A stretch of DNA of 38,178 bases from a virus (Duplodnaviria > Caudoviricetes). The stretch is from the IMG/VR virus record IMGVR_UViG_3300037308_000544, positions 1-38,178 of that record; one strand, written 5' to 3'. How positions within the stretch are numbered: the first letter of the stretch is position 1; each line of letters starts with the position of its first letter. A program made the position numbers and the translations under genes. Positions 1 through 6,879 of the stretch are shown here, one piece after another. Below the pieces are notes generated by a model, which worked only from the letters and a program-made list of their open reading frames with translations, had not been told where the DNA came from and made no database searches.

Positions 1-2
1 GA

Positions 3-935
3 ACACGAAAAGAAAATTTTAGAAAGAAAGCTGATGTAATAAAAGGAGCCATGATTAGATTTAGAATTGAACAAGAATTACAAGTTAAAGCTGGAGATAA
101 ACTTTGTAATAGATATGGAAACAAAGGAATTATTTCTTTAATAGAGAAAGATGAAAATATGCCACGAACTCCATTTGGTGAAACTATTGATATAATTTTA
201 AATCCAATTGGATTACTTAATAGAATGAACATTGGTCAATTATATGAGATATATTGTGGTTTAATTTCAAGAACTTTAGGAAAAGTTTTACCAACTCTAA
301 GCAAAAGTAGAGCCATAGCTGTTATAAAACAAATTTATAATATTCTTGATAGTTCAAAAAATAAGATAGTTAGTCAAACATTAATTTCTAATTTATCGAA
401 AATGTCTGAAACTCAGTTTAAAAAAGTTCTTGAGCAAGTTAAGAATAGAGGATTTTTTCCAATTATTGTTCCTCCTTTTAAAGCACCTAAATATAATGAA
501 ATAGCAAGAGCTTTAAAAACAATTGGTCTAAAACCAGCATATCAATTATACTTACCAGAATATAGAACCAAGACTATGTATGAAGTTCCTGTTGGTTATA
601 TGTATATTTCAAAACTTGAGCATTTAGGAGATGCTAAAATATATGGTAGAGCATCTGGCCCTGTTACTGGAAAGATAGCACAACCAACTGCTGGTAAACA
701 ACGAGAAGGTGGTCAGAGATTAGGTGAATTAGATACTTACTCGTTTATTTCATATAACTGTATCAATGTATTAGCTGAGTTTCTTGGACCATTATCAGAC
801 GATTATATAACTAAAGAAGAGTTAATTTCAGATATAGTTCAGACAGGTCATGCCAGATATAAGGAAGCTAAGATAACTCCAGCAAAAGATTTATTAAATG
901 CATACTTTATATCTTTAATGTTGGATAGGAGATAA
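3..935 (+). CDS. rpoB: DNA-directed RNA polymerase beta subunit, C-terminal part (paralogue 1, 5'-truncated by window edge)
   Basis: Motifs GDKLCNRYGNKG, NPIGLLNRMNIGQLYE, GYMYISKLEH and GGQRLGELD. The frame is open upstream of ATG 51 to the window edge (TRKENFRKKADVIKGA), and that stretch resembles the corresponding part of the beta gene at 34295-37306. Confidence 0.93.
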   Translation, partial: TRKENFRKKADVIKGAMIRFRIEQELQVKAGDKLCNRYGNKGIISLIEKDENMPRTPFGETIDIILNPIGLLNRMNIGQLYEIYCGLISRTLGKVLPTLSKSRAIAVIKQIYNILDSSKNKIVSQTLISNLSKMSETQFKKVLEQVKNRGFFPIIVPPFKAPKYNEIARALKTIGLKPAYQLYLPEYRTKTMYEVPVGYMYISKLEHLGDAKIYGRASGPVTGKIAQPTAGKQREGGQRLGELDTYSFISYNCINVLAEFLGPLSDDYITKEELISDIVQTGHARYKEAKITPAKDLLNAYFISLMLDRR

Positions 936-936
936 T

Positions 937-1554
937 ATGTCAGATGAATTAGCTCAAAAAATCTTGATGGCAAATTCAATTCCGTTGCCAGAACAGGATT
1001 TAGATGATGAAATGGTTAAATCAAAATATGGGCTTCCTACAGAAGAAGCAGCATTGAGAGATTATTATTTCCAAACAATTATTGGTAATATTGGGAATGA
1101 AGATTTCAAAGAGAATTATTTAACTGTTATTCAAGAAATAAGAAAAGAATACGATATGGGTGAACAACGAGATTTATGTTTTGGAATAATAAAAAAAATA
1201 GAAGAAGTATATGATTTTTCATTCTCAAGAGAGGTTGAATTAGACACTGTAGAACAGATTTATAATACTTATGATTGTATTGAGTTTATAGAATACAAGC
1301 ACGAAGATTTTATATCTGATGTTTGGAAAGGATTAAAACCAGACCTCTCAAGAACCGATTTCGGAAAATATATAGAACAAAATCAAGATAAAATCCTAAA
1401 TGAGATTGAAAATCAGACAAAATCTAAAGATTTCTCTGAGTTAATTTCTGATTTTTTGAGAACAAATAATAAAGAAAACATTATAGACTGGTTTAGTAAA
1501 AAGTCAAAACGTTTAATAGTTCTGATTAGAATAAAAATCGAAGGAGAAAATTGA
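937..1554 (+). CDS. hypothetical protein (205 aa, acidic, helical)
   Basis: ORF abuts both neighbours, with AGGAG upstream; no recognisable motif. Confidence 0.75.
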   Translation: MSDELAQKILMANSIPLPEQDLDDEMVKSKYGLPTEEAALRDYYFQTIIGNIGNEDFKENYLTVIQEIRKEYDMGEQRDLCFGIIKKIEEVYDFSFSREVELDTVEQIYNTYDCIEFIEYKHEDFISDVWKGLKPDLSRTDFGKYIEQNQDKILNEIENQTKSKDFSELISDFLRTNNKENIIDWFSKKSKRLIVLIRIKIEGEN

Positions 1555-1806
1555 ATGTCTGAAGTAATTATTAAAAAAGGAAAAACAAAGATTACCTTGG
1601 ATAGATCAGATTTAGTAGAAGTTGTTGAAACTCCAGATGGTGTAAACTTCAATATAAAAGGCGGAATTAGTATAGTTTTAAATGATCCTGATATGCCATC
1701 TGCTACAAAGCAAGTAATAAAAAATACTTCGGATAATTTTCCAGGAAAAAAGCTAATTTTTGATTTAGCGAATTTTAGACAACCAGCTAGGGTAGACGCA
1801 ACTTAA
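1555..1806 (+). CDS. hypothetical protein (83 aa)
   Basis: AAGGAG upstream; starts immediately after the previous stop. Confidence 0.75.
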   Translation: MSEVIIKKGKTKITLDRSDLVEVVETPDGVNFNIKGGISIVLNDPDMPSATKQVIKNTSDNFPGKKLIFDLANFRQPARVDAT

Positions 1807-1820
1807 TTTAAAAAAGAAAC

Positions 1821-1845
1821 CTCTATATATATTAATATCTAAAGA
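1821..1845 (+). promoter_or_regulatory. candidate AT-rich promoter (CTCTATATATATTAATAT) for the RNA array operon
   Basis: Position only: AT-rich element between a stop codon and the first structured RNA unit; seen once in this window. Confidence 0.25.
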
Positions 1846-1874
1846 ATCAAGATTGTATTTTTTTCTAACAAATT

Positions 1875-1983
1875 TAAGAGGACTTAGTGTAATTTCAGAT
1901 GTGTTGGATACACAAGACGACTGCTAATCGTCCTTTCGGGTTCAAATCCCGCAATGGAAAACATTACACTTTTCCACCTCTTA
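1875..1983 (+). ncRNA. array unit 1: Y-like stem carrying D-like, anticodon (GCT, Ser) and T arms
   Basis: Outer stem TAAGAGG 1875-1881/CCTCTTA 1977-1983; inner stem AGTGTAAT 1886-1893/ATTACACT 1963-1970; hairpins TGTG-TTGGATA-CACA, GACGA-CTGCTAA-TCGTC and CGGG-TTCAAAT-CCCG; no acceptor stem or CCA. Confidence 0.8.
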
Positions 1984-1993
1984 TTAAAATTTT

Positions 1994-2081
1994 GGCTGGA
2001 CTTTAAGTACTTTCAGACAACCCTTGAAAGGTTGGTTACTTCCTTTGATAGTAACTCCAAACAGTACTTGTATTACCAGCC
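1994..2081 (+). ncRNA. array unit 2: Y-like stem carrying an anticodon arm (TGA, Ser) and a second hairpin
   Basis: Outer stem GGCTGG 1994-1999/CCAGCC 2076-2081; inner stem AAGTACT 2005-2011/AGTACTT 2063-2069; hairpins CAACC-CTTGAAA-GGTTG and GTTACT-TCCTTTGAT-AGTAAC. Confidence 0.8.
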
Positions 2082-2090
2082 CAATATTAT

Positions 2091-2208
2091 TCTCCAGACT
2101 TGATGTCCGTTCAGATTGCTCAATGGTAGAGCATTAGCTTGATAAGCTAAGAGTGTTGGTTCAACTCCAACTCTGTACACCAAAAAACCGTACATCTTTC
2201 ACTGGAGA
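2091..2208 (+). ncRNA. array unit 3: Y-like stem enclosing a complete tRNA
   Basis: Outer stem TCTCCAG 2091-2097/CTGGAGA 2202-2208; inner stem GATGT 2102-2106/ACATC 2192-2196; tRNA lies between them. Confidence 0.8.
2109..2182 (+). tRNA. tRNA-Ile(GAT) or tRNA-like domain, with encoded CCA
   Basis: Acceptor GTTCAGA/TCTGTAC (one T-T mismatch at pair 3), D arm GCTC-AATGGTA-GAGC, anticodon arm TTAGC-TTGATAA-GCTAA (GAT at 2141-2143), T arm GTTGG-TTCAACT-CCAAC, discriminator A plus CCA at 2180-2182. Confidence 0.85.
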
Positions 2209-2216
2209 TAACTTTT

Positions 2217-2274
2217 AGTAGACTGAGTGTGATTTCAGAAATCTTCGGATTTTTCGGTCACACTCAAATCTACT
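2217..2274 (+). ncRNA. array unit 4: minimal unit capped by a cUUCGg hairpin
   Basis: Outer stem AGTAG 2217-2221/CTACT 2270-2274; inner stem GAGTGTGAT 2225-2233/GTCACACTC 2257-2265; apical AATC-TTCG-GATT. Confidence 0.78.
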
Positions 2275-2296
2275 TTTATTTTGTTTTGAAGTTTAT

Positions 2297-2363
2297 AAGA
2301 TAGACTTAATGTGATTTCAGCATACATTGGATATGTAAACGCAATCACATTTCTTTCTATCTT
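2297..2363 (+). ncRNA. array unit 5: Y-like stem with one hairpin (loop TTGGATA)
   Basis: Outer stem AAGATAG 2297-2303/CTATCTT 2357-2363; inner stem AATGTGATT 2308-2316/AATCACATT 2343-2351; hairpin TACA-TTGGATA-TGTA. Confidence 0.78.
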
Positions 2364-2380
2364 TTTAATTTTAAACTCAT

Positions 2381-2450
2381 AGATAGACTTGATGTAATTT
2401 CAGAATGCAACGCCATGAGAGTGCCCAAAGAATTACATCTACTCCTATCT
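2381..2450 (+). ncRNA. array unit 6: Y-like stem with weakly paired apical region
   Basis: Outer stem AGATAG 2381-2386/CTATCT 2445-2450; inner stem GATGTAATT 2391-2399/AATTACATC 2431-2439; possible extra basal helix AACTCAT 2374-2380/ATGAGTT 2459-2465. Confidence 0.78.
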
Positions 2451-2506
2451 TTCTAAAAATGAGTTATTTTCATCTTACGTCGGTCAACCCCTGAAAGGAG
2501 AAAAAA

Positions 2507-4063
2507 GTGGCAGCAAAACTAGAAGTTGACTCGGGTATATTACAATTTACGCCAAAAGGCGCTTATTACGAAGAAGCTAATGAACAATTCAAAAAAGTAT
2601 ATGAAATGTGGAAAAACTTATTCAAATTTGATAGAACTATGTTTTGTTTAACTATGCTCCTTCAAGGAACCGGATTTTCAAAGGGTATGATGACACATAT
2701 GTTGCTATCAAATCCTCAGAGCAAAAAAGGAACAGAATTGGTTCCTTTGGGATTGCCTTTTGACTATGAAAAGAAGGTTATCTTATTCAATCTAACAAAA
2801 GAAAGAACTCCAAGAGCATTAAAGAATCTCTTGATGTTAGCTGGTTCAGAAAAGCAAAAAAGAGTTAATAATAATAGAACCAGAAAGATCATTCTTGATT
2901 TCATATTTTCAAGAGATAACAAAGATTTAGATTATCTCGCAATAAACTATAAGCAAAAATTACGAGCTTTGGTCAAGCATGCTTTAGGAAAATATGATCT
3001 AAAGAAATTGCTTGATGGAGATAGAAAGATATTTGATAAATTTATTGGAAAGCAAAATGCAGATGCTTTTCCAGTTGTTTGTCATATATTCGATAAAGAT
3101 ATCTCAAAGTATAAAAACTTTGGAGATTCAAGATCTCTTAATTTAATGTTTCAAAAGATTAACCAATATGGTAAGCTGAAAGAAGCAGCGAAAAAGCAAG
3201 ATGTTGAAAAATTCAGAACTTTGATGAAAGGAATGCCCATGAGAACTGTCATGGGTTTCAGAAATCTATACAAAGTTCCTATTGATAAAGCGGAGTTATT
3301 CGAGAAAGCAGATATGTCTGAAAGAGAGTCAATTCAGATGGAAGCTGCTGTTAAAAAGAGCGGCGCAAAGAAAGAAGTAAATTACGAGAAACAAGAGATC
3401 TATGATCTTTGGAAATCTTTCTATTTCAAAATTATAACCAAGGACAATTCAAACCTTGAAAAAATCGCCAAGGCCATAGATAACCAATCCAAAGTCGTCC
3501 CAAAACTTAATATCGGTGAGTGTGTCGTCGTTTTCGATGCATCCGACTCTATGAGTGGCAGTCAAGAAAGACCACTACACCCGTTCCTAACGTCGTTGTG
3601 TCTCATCTCTGCAATTGACAATATCAAGGATATTATTTATGTTGGTGGTCAACAAATAAAAGTTCCTGAAATTGAAGGAATGAATTTGGTATTGCCCAAA
3701 AATCATTCTCCATTATGGAAGGGTTTGGTTGAAGCTGTTATTTCAGGAGCAAAAAATATTATAGTAATTTCGGATGGATATGAGAACGCCATAAAAGGTA
3801 TGTTTAATCATACCTATAAATATTTCAAAGATTCAGGTTATGATTTTAACCTGATTCATTTAAATCCTGTATTAGCAACAGATGCAAAAACTGGCACCAG
3901 TAGAAAGCTGGCTGAAGATGTTAAACCATTGCCAGTAGCAGATTATAAATATTTAGAAACAGAACTGATATTCAATAGAATGATTGAACAAAGAGAATTA
4001 GTAAAACAACTATTAGTAGGAAAGTATCAGGCCTTACTTGGAGAAAAGGAGGTAAAGGCATAA
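2507..4063 (+). CDS. helical N-terminal + C-terminal vWA protein; probable divergent Ro60/TROVE-like RNA-binding protein
   Basis: GTG start after AAAGGAG; 518 aa; basic helical first ~330 aa; vWA MIDAS motif VVVFDASDSMS and IIVISDGYEN. Size and architecture match Ro60/Rsr. The vWA call is firm; the TROVE call is inferred. Confidence 0.65.
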   Translation: MAAKLEVDSGILQFTPKGAYYEEANEQFKKVYEMWKNLFKFDRTMFCLTMLLQGTGFSKGMMTHMLLSNPQSKKGTELVPLGLPFDYEKKVILFNLTKERTPRALKNLLMLAGSEKQKRVNNNRTRKIILDFIFSRDNKDLDYLAINYKQKLRALVKHALGKYDLKKLLDGDRKIFDKFIGKQNADAFPVVCHIFDKDISKYKNFGDSRSLNLMFQKINQYGKLKEAAKKQDVEKFRTLMKGMPMRTVMGFRNLYKVPIDKAELFEKADMSERESIQMEAAVKKSGAKKEVNYEKQEIYDLWKSFYFKIITKDNSNLEKIAKAIDNQSKVVPKLNIGECVVVFDASDSMSGSQERPLHPFLTSLCLISAIDNIKDIIYVGGQQIKVPEIEGMNLVLPKNHSPLWKGLVEAVISGAKNIIVISDGYENAIKGMFNHTYKYFKDSGYDFNLIHLNPVLATDAKTGTSRKLAEDVKPLPVADYKYLETELIFNRMIEQRELVKQLLVGKYQALLGEKEVKA

Positions 4064-5040
4064 TGGCAAACATATTTGAAAAATTGAACTTCACCAACGT
4101 TGGAGTAGGTGCTGTTCAAGCTGTAGATGAAATGATTGTTATTCCAATTATCGGTCCAGATAGAGGAAACCTTGCTGACCCTCAACATTTGAAATTTGAG
4201 AGAACATCTGGATATGGAAATATGGTATTCAGAAATGAAGATGATGAAAAACCAGCTATCGTTCCAACCAATATGATGGTCAGAGGAAAATACGCTGCTC
4301 AAGATCATGCTATGAGTGAAGCAGGTATTGTAGGAAGGCGTGAAACTATCACGTTCGATACAGCTTGTTGTATAGAGCAAACGCAAGGTGGATATTTAAC
4401 AGATAAAGGTGAAAATGAACAAGATATACTACCAATTGAATTAAGAAAAGCATTATTAACAAAAGAAAAAAGAAAAGAAAAAAGTTATAGTAAATTATGG
4501 TCAGCTATTTCAAATTGGTTAACAGGACTTTCAATATCAGGGAAAGCTGGTTCAAATGCTCATCTAAATTATTTCTATAATAGCAAAGAAATTGCAGATT
4601 CATTAGAACAATTTGCATCAGAATTTGAACCTGTAGAAGGTCAAATTGGAGCAATTATTTTATTCAATGGAATTCCAGTTGGAGTTGAAATAATGCCAAG
4701 CAATGCTCATTGGCAGGCCTACTGGAAATACTTGATTAGGGGTTGCTATGGTGCAGAACTATTACGACTAAAAATGTTAAATAAAATACCAAATTCAACA
4801 TTAGTATTACCGGAGATTCCAAAAGAATCAGATCCAGAAAAAGTAAAAGAAATTCTATCAGACTTTTGCGATCATGTTCAAAAAGATGTTCTACCATTAT
4901 TAGAAAATATTGACGTCGTATCACAAACAGCAATGACAAATAAAAGCGGATTAACTTGCAGATTAGTTAAAACAAAAGGTGGAGGCGGAGATTTAATTTC
5001 TGAAGGAAATACTCCAGTATATCTATCAATTGTAGTATGA
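4063..5040 (+). CDS. ARPP-like (DUF6569-like) protein
   Basis: Coupled to the previous gene (TAATG overlap). Motifs MIVIPI, AAQDHAM, ACCIEQTQGG and FEPVEGQIGAIILFNG..VGVEI resemble ARPP-family proteins as I recall them. Confidence 0.55.
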   Translation: MANIFEKLNFTNVGVGAVQAVDEMIVIPIIGPDRGNLADPQHLKFERTSGYGNMVFRNEDDEKPAIVPTNMMVRGKYAAQDHAMSEAGIVGRRETITFDTACCIEQTQGGYLTDKGENEQDILPIELRKALLTKEKRKEKSYSKLWSAISNWLTGLSISGKAGSNAHLNYFYNSKEIADSLEQFASEFEPVEGQIGAIILFNGIPVGVEIMPSNAHWQAYWKYLIRGCYGAELLRLKMLNKIPNSTLVLPEIPKESDPEKVKEILSDFCDHVQKDVLPLLENIDVVSQTAMTNKSGLTCRLVKTKGGGGDLISEGNTPVYLSIVV

Positions 5041-5050
5041 TGGAGCTTGT

Positions 5051-5206
5051 ATGTTAAGCTTAGATGAAACTCAAATACGAAATCTAAAACGCAAAGTTGT
5101 AGATTTTATTTGGAAAACGACTCCAGAAAAAGTAATAAAAGTAGCACATATTTTGGGAATAAAGGTTCAAAAGAATCTTCAAGATAGATTCAAAGAAGAA
5201 GATTAG
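5051..5206 (+). CDS. small hypothetical protein (51 aa; not in ORF track)
   Basis: GGAG upstream; ATG 5051 to TAG 5206; MLSLDETQIRNLKRKVVDFIWKTTPEKVIKVAHILGIKVQKNLQDRFKEED. Confidence 0.65.
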   Translation: MLSLDETQIRNLKRKVVDFIWKTTPEKVIKVAHILGIKVQKNLQDRFKEED

Positions 5207-5210
5207 CAAC

Positions 5211-5293
5211 GTCCTGTCACATAGTGGCTAAGACAAAGCTAACTACTCTAAAAAAGTAGCTCTAGTAGTCAAAAGCCATTATGTTGGCAGGAC
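5211..5293. ncRNA. long irregular intergenic hairpin (candidate structured RNA)
   Basis: GTCCTGTCA 5211-5219/TGGCAGGAC 5285-5293 and CATAGTGGCT 5220-5229/AGCCATTATG 5274-5283, continuing GAC/GTC, GCTA/TAGT and CTACT/AGTAG. G-T wobbles favour the + strand. Confidence 0.6.
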
Positions 5294-5340
5294 TATCTTT
5301 ATTCCACTATTCCCTTTTTGTATCTAAAATGGAGGTAAAA

Positions 5341-5907
5341 GTGAAGATTATATCAACAGAAAAGTTTATAGAACAATTAGGATGTGAAATTTATCCAATT
5401 ACTATTGTAAAGTTTTTATTAAATAAGAAAAGAATTTTAGGTTATTTTTCAAAAGCATCTGATAAAAGTTTTGATCCAAAACAAAAATATATTATTGATC
5501 CTACTACATGCCCAATTTGTCAACAAAAAACAGATATGTTATGTAGGCAGCATACTTCAATTGATAGAGTATTAAAAGCAAATATTGTTGCTCATGATGT
5601 TGATTCAAATGTATTCTTTTTTAGAAATGAAATTTTTAAGATGGTAGGAAATAGATTAGTTATAGTATATTGCCCACATCCAAAATTAATTAGTGGAGAT
5701 ATTACAGATTCAAAAGTAAGAAAGATAAATCCAATAACTATAGAAGATCCAAAGCTGAAACAATTACCCGAGTATGAAGAGAAAACATTCTTATCAAGCG
5801 AATTGATGGATCAATCTTTAAAATGTTGGTTCAATAATGAATTTTCAATAGTAACTATCCCAGAAGATAGAAATTTACAGAATTGGTGCTTAATGCCCAA
5901 TAAATAA
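5341..5907 (+). CDS. hypothetical protein with putative Zn-binding motif
   Basis: Probable GTG start at 5341 behind GGAGG (the track start at 5281 lies inside the hairpin); motif CPICQQKTDMLCRQH. Confidence 0.7.
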   Translation: MKIISTEKFIEQLGCEIYPITIVKFLLNKKRILGYFSKASDKSFDPKQKYIIDPTTCPICQQKTDMLCRQHTSIDRVLKANIVAHDVDSNVFFFRNEIFKMVGNRLVIVYCPHPKLISGDITDSKVRKINPITIEDPKLKQLPEYEEKTFLSSELMDQSLKCWFNNEFSIVTIPEDRNLQNWCLMPNK

Positions 5908-5923
5908 AGGAGGATAATAATTT

Positions 5924-6862
5924 ATGCCAGGTTTTGAAGATTACAAAGATTTAAATAAAACAGGATATACAAGTGTAGAAACAGTAGCACCAGAAGATGA
6001 GTTTTTTCACTCAGTATATATTTCTGGTCAAAGCAGAAAAAATCATATTAATATTGAAGAAGAAATAGGAAAAATGCAGATTCGAGGAGTTGAATATAAT
6101 CTTAGTGAAGTAAATATGGTTATAGTTCATACTAAGGAATTATTATCAAAAATTATTTCCAAGGCTGGAAAAGATAGTGTTGAGTGTTTTTCTTTTAAAG
6201 ATGGAGCACCTCCATGGTTTGGAACTTCTAAACTCCCAGATGGAAATAGAAGACAATGTCCCCAAACATCTGCTGAAAGAGCGGTCGTTGATTTTTGTAG
6301 TCCATGCCGATCTCAAATTCTTGTAGCTGGTATTTATTGTAGACCGGATGGAACTCCTGTAGTTACTGAAGATAAGAAACCGGTCTTTGTGTTCGTAAGA
6401 GCAAAAGGAATGAAGTATTCAAATATTGCAAATTATTTATCTGAACTTTATAAAGAAGATTTACCACCAGTATTTGAACCTGTTACAGAAAAGAGTAAAG
6501 AATTTGAAAAGAAAGTAGTAAATCAAAAACGATTTGTTACTAAAATTACAAAAGGTTCAGCATCATCAAAACATGGAATGAAAGATGTTTTTGTATTAAC
6601 TAAAGGACAGCAATTACCAAAAGAAGCTGTTTTAAAAATATTGACATTATCTAAAAATACTCTTGACAAATTCAATGAAAAATTTGATTGGTCAAGAAGA
6701 GGAACATCTTCATACGATGTTACTGAGGCTCAAGCAGAAGGAATCATGTCGATGGAATCTACTGAGGGATCTACAACAATTCCAGTTGATGAAGCATCTT
6801 TACAAAAAGAGAAAGAAAAACAATCTGCAAAACTGTTTAGTTTTGATGACATAGAATTCTAG
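5924..6862 (+). CDS. putative single-stranded DNA-binding protein
   Basis: Strong AAGGAGG; 312 aa; beta-rich core with Cys cluster (C...CPQ...FCSPC); low-complexity linker and acidic/aromatic tail FSFDDIEF typical of phage SSBs. Confidence 0.55.
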   Translation: MPGFEDYKDLNKTGYTSVETVAPEDEFFHSVYISGQSRKNHINIEEEIGKMQIRGVEYNLSEVNMVIVHTKELLSKIISKAGKDSVECFSFKDGAPPWFGTSKLPDGNRRQCPQTSAERAVVDFCSPCRSQILVAGIYCRPDGTPVVTEDKKPVFVFVRAKGMKYSNIANYLSELYKEDLPPVFEPVTEKSKEFEKKVVNQKRFVTKITKGSASSKHGMKDVFVLTKGQQLPKEAVLKILTLSKNTLDKFNEKFDWSRRGTSSYDVTEAQAEGIMSMESTEGSTTIPVDEASLQKEKEKQSAKLFSFDDIEF

Positions 6863-6879
6863 TTACCTAGGGGGAGAAA

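Larger units (their letters stand above)
1875..2450 (+). repeat. tandem array of six structured repeat units (Y-RNA-like / tRNA-mimic)
   Basis: Six copies of G-AC-T(1-3)-inner stem-TTCAG(A): GACTTAGTGTAATTTCAGA (1881), GACTTTAAGTACTTTCAGA (1999), GACTTGATGTCCGTTCAGA (2097), GACTGAGTGTGATTTCAGA (2221), GACTTAATGTGATTTCAGC (2303), GACTTGATGTAATTTCAGA (2386). Each unit is closed by its own complementary 3' arms. Confidence 0.9.

Noticed and set aside
51-935. Stand-alone split beta fragment starting at ATG 51
   Set aside because: AAAGGAG precedes the ATG, but the frame is open to the window edge and the upstream residues resemble the full beta paralogue; truncation is more likely, though a split cannot be excluded.
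1900-1951. Functional tRNA-Ser(GCT)
   Set aside because: Has D-like, anticodon and T arms but no acceptor stem, no long variable arm and no CCA; treated as a mimic.
2405-2430. Met (CAT) anticodon arm in unit 6
   Set aside because: Stem is poorly paired and the loop GCCATGA lacks U33.
1875-2450. CRISPR array or TIGR-type guide array
   Set aside because: Repeats are not identical, spacing is irregular, each unit pairs with its own downstream arm, inserts are tRNA-like, and no cas or Nop-domain gene is adjacent.
5281-5340. Track start for the 208-aa ORF
   Set aside because: Lies within the hairpin with no RBS; GTG 5341 has GGAGG at proper spacing.
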